From Cenococcum geophilum (Eukaryota): DNA of 64,000 nucleotides. The first letter of the stretch is position 1; the number at the start of each line of letters is the position of its first letter. Location of the stretch: positions 1,798,001 to 1,862,000 of the forward strand of contig CP158635.1 of assembly GCA_050273025.1 (NCBI GenBank), read 5' to 3'. The notes below the pieces were generated by a model, which had not been told where the DNA came from, ran no database searches, and saw only the letters and a program-made list of their open reading frames with translations. The position numbers were made by a program, and so were the translations under genes. Below are positions 50,782 to 63,391 of the stretch, in pieces.

Positions 50782-50945
50782 TGTCTCATAAATCAGACCC
50801 CGGGGAGAAATCCCGCCACGGCGTGACGCCAAGGATCTAGTGCCACGCTTGTGGACTCCTAAGCTAATCAAATCACTAGACCCTAGTCCTGTCAAGTTCT
50901 GAACCAATCATATTACACCAAGGTATTTCTCCCCGAGAGTTTACT
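50782..50945. mobile_element. Isolated end (hairpin cassette A) of the 55.0/56.5-kb element family
   Basis: TGTCTCATAAATCAGACCCCGGGGAGAAAT...ATTTCTCCCCGAGAGT aligns with the reverse complement of ~57620-57762. Confidence 0.75.
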
Positions 50946-51619
50946 TGGGATTGGGTCGAAACACAGCAGGGCGCAAATATCCGGCCATTAGGTTCCTCCG
51001 CGTGAGATCTAATCTGGCATGACACGGTGAGCGAAGTGGAAACTTGCGCAAGCTCACTGCAACAATGCGCCAACCAAGCCTCCAGCGTCGTCATCGACCT
51101 GCCAAAGGTAGAATGATTTTGCGCACCAACCAGACAAAAGCCCCACTGGGCGTCGAAAAACTCGCCCCTCGTTGGTCAGCCTTACGTCCGAAACAACTCA
51201 CGTACATACCAAATTCGACGAAGCTTGCGATCTCAAGGCGGCTTCAGGTACTCAAGCCAAGTCTCTGTTGGGGGCTATGTCAGCACCTTGATCCAAAATT
51301 GTGCCCATTGGACCATGGTGCCGGGCAAATGTCAGTCCTTGTCAGTTTTGATATTCGCCCATACGGCCCTAGGGCTGTGCCTTTCTTGGTGCATCAGAAA
51401 TTGCGTCGTGAGCAATCTCTAGCTATAAAAATGGTCTGGTACCACCTCCATTAATCATTCTGAACAGCATTAAACGGGGGTTGATCCACAACTTCATCTC
51501 TCCATTTACTCTCATCATCATCTCTTCATCAATAAGCTTCTACTATTCCTCTGAAAATCATTCCCTTTCCGCATCTCACATCCCACATCTCCAACACAAA
51601 CATCCCCGGCTCCTCCAAA

Positions 51620-52552
51620 ATGGTTGCTCCTTCCGCCCCTGATTTCTGCACCAAGGTGACCCCAGAGTGTCCTGTCGAAGGCACAATCTACGGTTACTAC
51701 CCGAGCTTGGGCGCCAATGCTTTCTTCTGTGCCTTCTTCGGTATCGCTTTGGTGGCCCAGCTCATTCAGGGCATCAGATGGCGAACATGGACCTTCATGA
51801 TCGCGCTCAGCTTGGGCGCACTCGCCGAAGCTATCGGCTACGTGGGACGAATCCTAATGCATAGCAACCCATTCAGCTCCGCCGGTTTCAACATACAGAT
51901 CTGCTGCTTGATCATTGCTCCAGCCTTTATCTCCGCCGGCATTTACCTCACTCTGAAACACCTAGTCTACTCCTTCGGCGAAGAGTTCTCCCACATACGA
52001 CCAGACTGGTACACTTGGATCTTCATCTCTTGCGACATACTTTCCCTCGTCCTCCAGGGCGCCGGTGGAGGGACTGCTGCCAGTGCCGCCCACGGTTCAA
52101 ACGCCATTAACATTGGAAGCGATTTGATGCTTGCCGGTATCATCTTCCAAGTCGTCGTCCTCGCCATCTTCGGCTTCTTCCTTACCGAGTACCTCGTCCG
52201 TGTCTACTGCAACCGCAGCCGACTCTCTGCGTCCGCCACAGCGCTCGGCCATGACCTGAAGTTCCAGCTCTTCCTCACTGGTGTCGTTGTCGCATACATC
52301 ACCATCCTCACTCGATGCATCTACCGTATCCCAGAGATGTCTGGTGGCTGGCGCAACGATATCATGCGCAACGAAACTGAGTTCATCGTCCTTGACGGTG
52401 TCATGATCACCATTGCGACTGCCGCTCTCACAATCTTCCATCCTGGCTACTGCTTCCCTGCCCTTTCAAACACCATGGGATCCAAGCGGCCCACTCCGGC
52501 CAAGAGCGTCTCCGATGACAGCTTCGGCAAGGAGCAGGTCATGGCTGTATAA
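51620..52552 (+). CDS. RTA1: RTA1/Rsb1-family lipid-translocating exporter (7TM)
   Basis: YGYYPS, EAIGYVGR, IAPAFISAGIY, FISCDILSLVLQGAGGG, RCIYRIPE..GGW, FIVLDG, FHPG motifs; intronless 310 aa. Symbol denotes the family, not proven orthology. Confidence 0.92.
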   Translation: MVAPSAPDFCTKVTPECPVEGTIYGYYPSLGANAFFCAFFGIALVAQLIQGIRWRTWTFMIALSLGALAEAIGYVGRILMHSNPFSSAGFNIQICCLIIAPAFISAGIYLTLKHLVYSFGEEFSHIRPDWYTWIFISCDILSLVLQGAGGGTAASAAHGSNAINIGSDLMLAGIIFQVVVLAIFGFFLTEYLVRVYCNRSRLSASATALGHDLKFQLFLTGVVVAYITILTRCIYRIPEMSGGWRNDIMRNETEFIVLDGVMITIATAALTIFHPGYCFPALSNTMGSKRPTPAKSVSDDSFGKEQVMAV

Positions 52553-53699
52553 TTTTTCTGTATGGAGAATACTTCTACCTGTTATTCATTAGTAGAGGGT
52601 TGCACCTTAAGGTTTAGAGTGATAAAATGGCGTTGAAGTGTTTAGGATGGATGTAGAGATGCAGTTTCCTGTTTCGGTGATACCAGAAAGATTTATATTT
52701 CACACTTGCATGAGCATTTCCATCCATATCTCATAATGCACTTAATGAAATTGCTAATTTTTTCCTCATCACTATCATTACCAAAACGAAGACCATGACT
52801 TCCAATGTTTCAACAATTCAAAGTACTGCCAGTGAATAATTGCATTTTGCTGACACTCTCAGAAGCTCTGCAGATGTCTTCAGCGTATTAGACTTCGCGA
52901 AATGTCTTGGGATAGTTTGGGTTGGGGACAACTTAAGACTTCAAGTATCGGCAAGCCTCAGGTAAGATAATCACTTGCCGAGCACTGCACGATCAAGCCA
53001 CCAAGGCTGATTCACATTTACTAACCCAGTGTTTCTTCTCAGCCTGCGCTGACTTCTCACGACTTTGATGAAAAGTTTTTCAGCTGCGGCGCTAGAGGTG
53101 CTGGAAAACGAAATTTGTCCCAACACCCGAGACTCTCTTTCAAGAGGCCAAGCCAGAAACAACTGTATGTCTTATAGGCCGTGCCGTCGCCGGTGAAGGT
53201 GTCTAGAAGTAGAGCTGAAGAAATACGAATTCTCTACCAACGCATAAAGATTGATGGGCGCAACAAAGCTAGAGCTTCTAGAAGGGTTCTATACGAGTGC
53301 CGAGACATGCACAAAGGACGTGACAAGGCGGAATTGAAATGGCGTAATACTCGCATTAGACAAGACGTGGCTTTGCATATCAGCTGAAGCAAGGAATTCA
53401 TAACCATTTAGAGCAAACAAATACGTGCTGCCACTGGAAAATCAAGTATGCTAACAGAATATAGAAGATCTCAAAAATCATCAATAAATACTTCCCTCCA
53501 ATCAATTCAAGCAGATATAAAGGGTTAGATAATTTGTTTAACGAGAATAAAATTACTACAACGGATTCTCACAACCTTAGAAGTTCTTATTCATTGCCCA
53601 TAACATGCTTAGGACTGAATTGCCCTGCAAAAATTTACTTGATCCAATACGACATACCCTTAGCAAAGTCCCATTTTACGCTCGTTGGCTGATGTGCTA

Positions 53700-54725
53700 C
53701 TAGCTTGATTCAGAGCTGGGCCCGTCCTTACCACGAGCCCAGTCTTTGAGTCCTAGCTTCAAACCGTCCACAAGCCCTTTGCAGACAACATCTTCCTCAA
53801 AAGACAATTTATGTGTCCGCCACTCAAGCCAATCTTCAGCCCTAGCTCCACTCTTCGCATCGAAGAGCCCAACAGCTATATCGACCATCTTCGGTCTATC
53901 ATCCGCATGGTACGCGCAGGCTGCACCGCAGCGACCACAGAAGGTTCTCGAGATACCTGGCGAGCTGTGATATTCCTTCAGAGTCCCAAAAACGCGTCGG
54001 TACGGCGAACCGTCGGCTAGAGTTATATGAGAGACGGTGGGAAAGGCCCATTGGCAAATAGCGCAACCTGAAGCGAGGCGGCAGCTCGTGCAGACGTCGT
54101 TAGAGGCATACCATTTCGTCTTGTCGGAGGATGTAAGGGTAGGAGGCAGATCGGTGCTGACGTCTCCAGAAGGACGGGCGATGTAGAATTCAACGCCTTT
54201 GCAGTGGCAATATGCATGCAGCTTCTCATCGGGAGGTCCGCTAGACGCGAATGTGACAGCATCTTCCCAATCCCCGGTCTCAGACTCTGGATTTGTCGGG
54301 GATGTTACCCACTTCTTCATTATTCTTCCGTCCACCTCAGAGAGCCAGCAGCTGAGTCCTCCATCCTTTGTCCCTCCTAGATTGTAGTGGTCTGAAAACT
54401 TCCATAGCGCTTCCGGACCTTCAACTACACTAGCTGCAATGTACCACTGGTCGTCACTCTTGGCGTAGTCGAGCATGTGTGTGCCGCAAGTGCTACAAAA
54501 GTATCGTGTAACATTCTCAGAAGACGCATAGACAGTAAATGACGTGAGGCTGACCGTTGGAGGTTGGATTGGGGCGTGGAGGACGCAGAGGGTACCGTGA
54601 GTATGTCTGCAAATTGAGCAATGGCAAAGATGCGTAGGCAGAGGGAGCGATTCGTTAGAGACAGAGATGGAGAACTTAGAGATTTTGCAGAGGCAATGAG
54701 CCTCAAGGATGGTTTCGGTGGCCAT
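53700..54725 (-). CDS. Tandem GFA/CENP-V (Mss4-like, DUF636) domain protein
   Basis: Two domains: CLC...CHCSICR...RYFCSTCG and CHC...CTSCR...RTFCGRCG, plus DIAVGL...GARAE.WLEW. Confidence 0.9.
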   Translation of the reverse strand: MATETILEAHCLCKISKFSISVSNESLPLPTHLCHCSICRHTHGTLCVLHAPIQPPTVSLTSFTVYASSENVTRYFCSTCGTHMLDYAKSDDQWYIAASVVEGPEALWKFSDHYNLGGTKDGGLSCWLSEVDGRIMKKWVTSPTNPESETGDWEDAVTFASSGPPDEKLHAYCHCKGVEFYIARPSGDVSTDLPPTLTSSDKTKWYASNDVCTSCRLASGCAICQWAFPTVSHITLADGSPYRRVFGTLKEYHSSPGISRTFCGRCGAACAYHADDRPKMVDIAVGLFDAKSGARAEDWLEWRTHKLSFEEDVVCKGLVDGLKLGLKDWARGKDGPSSESS

Positions 54726-54999
54726 GGTTGCAGTAAGGAAGCAGCATTATTTCCTTGAATAGAGCCATGATGCCAGCCATGGGAAGGAAGGTAAGAGTTA
54801 TTGCTTCGAATACGAAATACGAGATAGCGCGAAAGTTGCAGCTCGAGAGGGGTATGTAATGGAGTCAGCAACGAGGAAGCTCCCTCGGCCTTATGTCGGC
54901 CTTTCCCTTTAGTCGATCCATTAATCATGGGCAGTGGTGGATCGACACCCCTAACCAATTGATACAACGACACCCCCCTTGATTTAGCTTAACTCCCAC

Positions 55000-55699
55000 T
55001 TATCTCATGAATCAGACCCTCGGTGGACCGTTGGTACGTGCACTACGCGCACGGGCGGGCATACTGCTCCTTATTAACCAACGAATTTTCCACCGAGGGT
55101 CTGAGAGCTTATGGGCGTCGCTTTGGTGGTAACGGAGCGTCAAAACATACCAAAAGTCACCTTTTTCACTGCCGTATCTCGACCCTTTTATAACGTCTAG
55201 TTATTATAAAAATACTACGAGGTGGGAGCTCTTTAGCTTCTCTATTTATTGCATTAAATAACAAAGTTGTAGCTATATTATATAAAATATTAGACATGGG
55301 CAGTCGGTCGCGTTATGGCCAAAATCCGTCTAAAATCTACCAAAATCGCAAAATTTGGATGCATTTGAGAATTTAGGGTCACCTTTTGCGACGCTGTATC
55401 TCTCCCCTTATTATTATAAATATAGGATTATAATGTATATAACTAAGGAGATAAATACTTAAAGAATCTATTACATCAAACAAATATATTATAACTAGAA
55501 TATCTAAGTTATGGTATACAAAAAGACACGAAAGTTGGCTCTTAAAACATTCAAGTACCACCAAAGCTAGGACCATAAGCTCTCAGACGCTCTTTAGAAG
55601 ATTTTAGGAGGGGGGTATAGGGAGCCGTTAAAGGGGGGGAACGTGCTTCCCCTGCTCCGTAACTAAAATCTACTACGGAGCGTCTGATTTATGAGATAA
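55000..55699. mobile_element. Non-autonomous TIR element E1 (700 bp) with composite hairpin ends
   Basis: Termini TTATCTCATGAATCAGAC...GTCTGATTTATGAGATAA; 8-bp TSD ACTCCCAC at 54992-54999 and 55700-55707. Confidence 0.9.
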
Positions 55700-55828
55700 A
55701 CTCCCACCACATCTGATTAGAACGTCACGTGTGTTTGACTCGTATGCATCAACATCACGAAAATCAAAACTTTCAAAATGCAACTTTTGTGACTGCACCA
55801 GGTCTTAATTTCAATTATAGTACAAGTA

Positions 55829-56125
55829 ACGTAGCTTATGGGCTTTTGACGGATGATCTTACCGCTTGCCTATTTAAGCTTAGGCAGGGATCAAGCTGCG
55901 TCAGCCAAAGCGCTTGCAATCGCTGCGCAATTGACGGCAGAGGCATCTACAATTACATTTGAGGCAGCAACGGCTCAAAGGCCTTGATTATATAAAACCA
56001 AAGCTTCATTTTATTAATATCGTAGATAATGCTGCGTGATGGCTTTTATTAAGAAAATGCCTGCAATTGAGCATTTGAGGCATTAGTTTTGATATTCAAA
56101 CCCGTCAAAAGCCCATAAGCTACGT
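55829..56125. mobile_element. pogo/Fot1-type MITE (297 bp)
   Basis: 24-bp perfect TIR ACGTAGCTTATGGGCTTTTGACGG with TA TSDs at 55827-28 and 56126-27. Confidence 0.9.
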
Positions 56126-56466
56126 TAGTAGAGTTCAAATCAAAGTCGGGATGCACCAAAAGGAACCCCTCAGCAAAGCCCTGCTGAAAGGGCAAGGCCC
56201 CCCGACCTCTACAAGCCTGTCAAAGGACACTGTCATGCGGGAGCTTGTAAAGCGCGTTTTTGAGGTGCCAATATCCCATGCGCCGTTAGGGCGCTACGCC
56301 TATATCAATGGCGCATGGGATACGCCCAAGCCATATTTTACGCACGGTTGGTGGTGTCTGCTTGTCAGTTTTAGATCGGAGTTTTGTAACCGCATAGCCT
56401 TGCCCTTTCGCAAACTCGTTGGTATCATCAATTGCAAACTCTGGAAGTCGTAACACCTTCTTGGGG

Positions 56467-57762
56467 TTATCTCATGAATCAGACGCTCCGCAAAAGATTT
56501 ATTCCGGTGACACAGACCTCCTGCTAACTCCTAGACCAATCAGGGTAGCGCACTAATATCAGCCCCCTGCGCACCCCTGTCACCCAGCAAAATCTTCTGC
56601 GGAGCGTCTGAGAGCTTATGGGCGTCGCTTTGGTGAGATTTGATTGTTTTGGATCGCGTATTTTAACTTTAACTGGCTCTACTAAGGCCCAACTAATAGT
56701 TATTAATACTTTATTCGATGTAATAGGCTCTTTAGGTAATTATATCTTTAAAAATATATATTATAGCCCTATACCTAGAGTATTAAGAGGCGAGATACAT
56801 CGTCGCAAAAGTTAAGTTAGATTTGGAATTGAATGTTTGTAGATTTTAGGCCAAAACTAACCGACTACCTATATCTAACTTCTTATATAATAAAGCTACG
56901 ATATCGCTATAATATAGAGGCGATAGAGAAGACAAAGGGCTTTTAGCTCGTACTATTTTGGAGATAATTAGACATAGAGAAGTATGTAATTTTTGGTAGT
57001 AAGGCAAGATTGCAATAAAATAGACTAAAATAACCAACTGCCTATGTCTAACTTCTTATAAAATAGAGCTATAGTATTACTATAACGTAGAGGTAATAGA
57101 GAAGAAAAAGAGCTTTTAGCTTGTAGTATTTTAGAGATAATTAGACGTAGAGAAGTATATAAGGTATGGAGCTTCGAGCAGAGCTTCGAGCAGAGCCTCG
57201 TGCAGAGCTTCGGGAAAAGCCTCGTGCAGAGCTTCGAGAAAAGCCTCGTGCAGAGCTTCGAGAAAAGCCTCGTGCAGAGCTTCGAGAAAAGCCTCGTGCA
57301 GAGCTTCGAGCAGAGCCTCGTGCAGAGCTTCGAGCAGAGCAGTGAGGTAAGATTGCGACCGACGAGTTTTGCGACTGACGATTTTTGCGACCGATGAAAA
57401 TACAACTAACGAAAATACGACCAACGAAAATACGACTAACTAATATAGCTACGACGTCGTTATTTATTGCAATAGATAGAGAAATTAAAGAGCTCCTACC
57501 TTATAGTATTTTTATAATAACTAGACGTTATAAAAGGGTTGAGATACAGCGTTGTAATGGAAGAGTCGTCGCCTAATAAAAAACATTGAGTTCTTATATA
57601 AAGGGCGCCCATAAGCTCTCAGACCCTTGGGGAGAAATTCCTCTCGGTGCGATCTAATTGGTCCAGGAGTCCATAGGACTAGGGTAAGGTCCACAAGCGT
57701 AGCGCTAGCCCTTAGCTACGTCGTGGCGCAATTTCTCCCCGGGGGTCTGATTCATGAGATAA
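56467..57762. mobile_element. Non-autonomous TIR element E2 (1296 bp), same family as E1, opposite orientation
   Basis: Termini TTATCTCATGAATCAGAC...GTCTGATTCATGAGATAA; 8-bp TSD TCTTGGGG at 56459-56466 and 57763-57770. Confidence 0.9.
57169..57340. repeat. 24-bp minisatellite (GAGCTTCGAGAAAAGCCTCGTGCA)n built from 12-bp subunits, inside E2
   Basis: About 7 tandem units read directly. Confidence 0.95.
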
Positions 57763-58089
57763 TCTTGGGGGGTGATACGAGTTAGACACACGTGACGTTC
57801 TAACTAGATGTGGTGGGGGCTAATCTTAAATCAAGGGGTGGTCAGTATATCACTTGGGGGTGTGCGCGTATCAATTAGGAGTGTCGATCTACCACTGCCT
57901 TTAATCGTAAATAAATACAAGACCACGGTCAGACTTACTATAACCAATTCTTTCAAAGTATCTTTAATTTCTGTTTCATTCCGTGGCCAGCCACTCAAGA
58001 GCAAATGAACAATAGGAAGCTGCCATCGCGCTTAAGTAGAGCATCATCTAAAAACCGGAACAGTTCAGGTAGTCCATTCAGTACCTAGG

Positions 58090-60893
58090 AGACGAATGTC
58101 GCAATATAATATTCAATCCTTCAGAAGTACAATACCCTGTATGTTGCACGACCCCGCACATCAAGATTCGCAAGGTAACGCCTACTTATCTCCCGGACCG
58201 CGAGGCGACGGTAGTCCTGGCTATAGAGTCGACCGCAAACACAGAAAGGCTTTATCAAGCCTTCTTCCACTAGCCTGATGGCAGGCTCGAGCCCAAGTTC
58301 CAGACTTTGAAGTATTATTTCTAAGTTAATCTTTTCAGACAGTCAGCTCTCACCTTCACGAAGGCGTCTATAAGTTGCAAGTTCCGCTTGCACAGATGCC
58401 CAGAGTATGGCTAAGGTTCTGTTTTCTCCAAATCGGTGCTGGTGGCGGTGAGAATGCTGCATAAAAATCTTTTTCTTCCCGTATTTGCAGTCGTCAGCGT
58501 TTAAAACGCAGCCTTGGTGATATGGAATATTTCCGGGCTGCATCCGCTCCACTTCCTTTATTTGTTCGCATTGCCGCATAATATGACAGAATAACCGCCA
58601 GCCGACGTCGGCTTTGAAAGGCAGAGGGGCAGGAAAATAAGGGGCAATGCCGCGAGCAAGATCTGCTGGGGAAATTTCCTTGTGGCCGCAAAAGCTCGGT
58701 GGCACTTCCCTCCCAAGAGGTAACGTCAACGATAGGTCGGCCATCAAAGAGGCATCGGCACCCCCTGCAACAAGACCCAGCAAACATCCCAGAATCCCGA
58801 AAAGATCCTCATCCTCGCATCCGGAGCGAGCAAGGTAGAACGGGGTCATAACTAGGGTATGTAGGGGTCGCGACTGCGTTTTAAGGCCACAGTGGGGGCA
58901 ATGCTTGGTGGATGAGCCACTCGGGCCACAAGTAATCAAACAGCATCGAAATGGAGTGGCAGATAGTGCCGACGCCCAATTGGCCCAAAAAGACCGGTCC
59001 TTTTGGCGAAGCCAAATAGGACGTATTTTATCGGTTGACAGATAGCTTGGGCTGATGTGTGACAGAATTTGTGTTTCCAGGAAAAAGGTATCGTTGATTT
59101 TCCTTCCGCAAGACGAGCACGGATACAATCAGAGTCAGCGTCCCAGCGTCCGCAGATGTCGATATCTTCTGCTATGGAACACTTCTCACTTCTCAATGCA
59201 TCATCAAACACCTGGAGTCACAGATGTATGTGACTTTAAATGGTGACCATCAAACTGTCAAGTACAGTATAACCAAGTTCGTTGATATAGAGCCCGTTGA
59301 CGTGTCTATCTGCAGCTCCAAACACAGCCTCGATTCTATTAAGCAGTAAATCTAGGATATCACAACAAGTTCTTAATCCGTCAAGATAGGTTGCTGCCAT
59401 ATGGAGTAGATAATGCCCACTGGCATCTATGCTTGACAACTCGATTCGATCTAGAAGACCACCCATTAGGTCAATGTTACGACCAATAATACTGAAGCCA
59501 AATGCTTCTTGGAGCATTTCGTTAGGAGACTTTTTCGCAGCCTTCACCGCTTGCGGGAGTGCAACCGGTAGGGATTCCGTCTCTATTGCTGAAATCATTA
59601 TTTTCGAGGCCGTTCCGGAGTTTTTCCTGGAACTACGGCTGATGCCAAGCGTTGGGCCAGCCGGTCTAGGTAGTCTCGCCTTGAGGATCCTGAATTTTAC
59701 TCTCCTGAGGAGGTGAAGAAACATAATTTTCCACATCCTGAGTTACATGAATAACCCACCGACGTATTTGTGATGGTCTGGATGATATATGTGATGCGCT
59801 GGCATTGAATGGCGATAGCTCAGAGTGGTCCCATTGCTCAGAATTTCCGTTCATAATCATGCTCGGAGTGCTTGACAAGGATATTTGTACGGTTTCTTGG
59901 TATGTCCCAAAGTTTAAGGTTTCTGCTGTCCAATCTCGCGGACCTCGGCCCCAGTGTTTCGCAGTTTTGAAAGGAAAAACTAAAACTGGTATAGCCAGGT
60001 GGACATTGTCCTGTTATTATATTAGCAAAAGTCCATGACTTAGAGCAACGTAGCATGCTTGCTGTCTTTCTTCCGTGCCCATGGATCGAATCAGATCTTG
60101 ATGCCGACCGCTAATGAAAAGATGGACTTGATCAACTGCTTTCTTCATATTCAGAGCTGTTGAGGTTGGCGAGTGTACACCATTTGGAGAAGGAGCACCT
60201 GCCGGTGGTGTAGCAATCGCGATGTTGCTCTGAGGTGTTGTTGTGGTGTAGCCCAAAGGTGAAAGGCGATCAATCTCTTTTCCTCGTAACAACCGTAACG
60301 CACCATAGGGCAAATTCCAATTCAGGAATCTAAAACTTGTCAGAACGCTAAGGGAAAAGACAATATTTGCTGCTTACTAGATCATACATCCTATTGCCAA
60401 ATGGTAGAGTCGGGCCGAACAAAATTTGTTGGCTTGCTTCCAAGTCACGACTCAAGACAACATCCTTCCGAGCAGCCTCCTTGAGGTGTCGTCGTATATT
60501 CTTTCAATCAACCGGTCTTCCCTGGAAAGTGATAGCAGTAGATGATTTTCCCGCCGCTGCTCTCGTTTGCAACTAGGCCGCAATAGCCGACTTTGCTTTC
60601 GACGGAGGGCTCTTCTTCCACTTCCATTTCTTGAAGTGGTATTTGTACTGGTGACCCCCGCATCATTCATGTGTTAACTATTACAATGAAGATTTCCAAC
60701 CCAATTCGGGTAGAAGATGAACTCACACTGCATCAAATCCATGATTGTCTTTCATAAGGCTGACAATCTCAGGGAGCTTCCTATTCTCCACCATCCAAAG
60801 CTGCTCGATTGTCGACTTCCAAAGTTCCCATGGATCTTCCGGAGCATCACGACCATTGACTTGAGCAAAACCTTGCGGGCGTGTAGGTTCCAT
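58090..60893 (-). pseudogene. Clr5-domain protein with ankyrin-like region, pseudogene
   Basis: MEPT...PWELWKSTIEQLWMVENRKLPEIVSLMKDNHGFDA...QYKYHFKKWKWKK (Clr5), LLHMAATYLDG..CC, NELGYTVLD, DICGRWDADSDC, QAELATYRRLREG. Stops at 60573-75, 60504-06 and 58343-45 plus frameshifts; 3' end approximate. Confidence 0.8.
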
Positions 60894-63391
60894 CTATAAT
60901 ATTAGGATTGCGCCGTTGGAAGAGGATTTGAACCAACCTGGCAGTTATCTCAAAGAGCGGTGCACGGTCGTGCTTTACCAAAGTAAAAGGAGCCCTCGGG
61001 CGGGGAAGATGTAGAAAGGATCTTGTTAGTATCTTAAATAGCAATGAAGTTTGGAGAAGCTAGAGGAGCAGTTGTGACAGAGAGGAGACGTAACGTGTGG
61101 GATCTGGATTTTTGCGGTGCATGGCTGACGCAAACCCGCTCCCTAAAAATTTAACCGTCTGCCAAGGCGTGCAAAAGGAGAACGGCCACTCACGAGAGTC
61201 AGCGGCGACGGCTGACATATGGGACAAGGCTGCGGGTTTGCCTTGTCACTCAAAATGCAAACATGACCTAAAAAGGGCAATCCGGACATCTGAGGCGCAG
61301 ACAAGCGAGAACGCACAGGCCCCTGCCCCCTGTAAAGCCAAGGTGAACAAAAGAAGACTCCCCAATAGATATCTCTACACATTGATCATAGGTTTGACCG
61401 ACCATCGTCGTGGGGGAAGGGTTGCACACTGCCCGCCGCCATGGAAGCGCCAGTGTGCAGAAGGAAGAGCCATGTCCAATAAAAGAGAGGAGAACCCGTT
61501 GAAGCGCCGGACCCTGTATCGTGAAGGTTAGTCCATTGTCAGTTATCAGCAACTCTTGAGACATTTCCCACGGCTATGCATCAAAGGATCAGCCACCTGG
61601 CGGAATGGTTGATGCGAAGCTTCGCCTAGCTGCGTTTAATTCTACTGAACCCTGCCTGCCTAGGCCGACAAAAGAAGAATGCCCAATCCGATGCTAAGAA
61701 TCAGACAGGGCAGATCTTAGAAGGTGTCTTATTTCTCGAAATATTTCCCGCGGTCTGGTTGCCCAGGTATACAAAAGGAGACTATCCAATCCGAACAGGA
61801 ATTGTAAAAGGCAAGTCCAATAATAGATGGAAGTCTAGGAAAATATATGCCTTGGGTCCAACCTCCGCCGTGCAGCATGATTCACTATACCATGTTTGCC
61901 GAGGAAAGCAAAAGACGAATACCCAATCTCACTTCAGAGTCTGGTAAGGCCGGCCCAATCATGCATGGGAATGTGTAAAGCCACCTCTCGCAACCCTCCC
62001 CAGTCGTCAGCATCTCCGATCATGGCTCCCGCCCAAGTAAATCCGTGAAATTCGAGTTCAGCCGTCTCCTTCGAACGATCCACGTAACATACGTGGACAG
62101 TTTTGCCTTCACCCGTGCAGGGCAATGAGGGATATGCCCTGCCATCATCATCGTACGCCCGGCCCCTCCTTAGATCTTGAGATACTTAAAGGAAATTGCC
62201 CCCCTCCACTGAGTTCAAACCGTATGCTTCAAAAATCTCAAGTCTTCCAACCTCAAGATCCAACCCTCATTCTTGCTACTCAATTCTATCACTCCACGAT
62301 TCTGTCCCACCTCTTCTATCCTGATGGCTCCAGATAATCAGAACAACAATGTCACAGCGTAAGTACTCACCCTGCTCCACATCTTTCCTTTCAGCTATGC
62401 TGCGTTGAAGTGGTCGGAGCTTACACGGTCTTCTAGGGCTCGCACCGAACAACAAGGCGCTCAAAGAGGAAGCTCAGCACAAGCTGTGAACGACGGCCCA
62501 CCAGGCACTTGCCCCTACCATACACAAGTCCTTCGAATGACGCAGAGTACTAGTACTCAAGGACTGAGTCCAATGGACCGGTTCCTCAACGAAGGACCCC
62601 ACGAGCAGTATGCTCTATTCCGCCGTCCAGACACTGGGGAGTTGTCGACCTACAAGGGATGCTTGTGTGGCATGTTGATTCAAAGCCATACGCAGGCCAG
62701 AGAAGGAGATGGCTCAAGTTAGTGGATGGAAGCTGACGGGTAGAAATCAGGGCCAGGGTTTTACAACGGACGGGAGTATGGAACGATAAGGATCTGCCTG
62801 TTACTAGATTAGATCTTTAACTCTTCTTCATTACATTGCGAGTTCTTGTGAACTCACCGTGAGTCACTCAGAGGTTATTTGATATATGAATAGTAACCTA
62901 GATTCTTCACCTTCTCGAAGATTTGGTGGCTCTTGCTGAATCACTTCGGTTACGGTTAGTGAGACCGCCGTTGCTAATTAGTTCTAATATGATGGATTTG
63001 AAGCAATGCCGTCAGCCGCATTGGCCTAGGGGGTTATAAGCTGTGAACAGTTAACTCAGAATACCGACATTTCTTGTTTGACTTAATGTATGGTCGTAGC
63101 CTTCGAGACTTGGCCATATTCTTACCACTCCTATCGTTAGCCTGGTGGTCTTGATATGGCCAATCTCAAAGTCACGTGGATTACGGTGTCGTGATAGGCG
63201 GCATTTAGTGAATTTCCAGAAAATCCAAAACATATGCCAATACTCGCTCAGGTTCATCCAAGATTCTGAATATTCGTTCAGCTACACATCGTCTTCACAG
63301 TAACATTACATTCTGATGAGCTGCCAGAGTGAGCAATTTTTGAAACACACAAGGGACAGGAACTTGCAGAGCAGAGCTTCTTTGCGGTGTG

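Noticed and set aside
37434..54725. Secondary-metabolite cluster (P450, RTA1, GFA)
   Set aside because: No PKS, NRPS, terpene synthase or DMATS backbone, no cluster transcription factor, and genes are separated by TE blocks.
57131..57424. ORFs with LEALHEAF / SKLCTRLF / QSFEKSLV repeats; CRISPR-like appearance
   Set aside because: A stop-free 24-bp minisatellite inside E2 opens several frames; no unique spacers, no cas genes, eukaryotic context.
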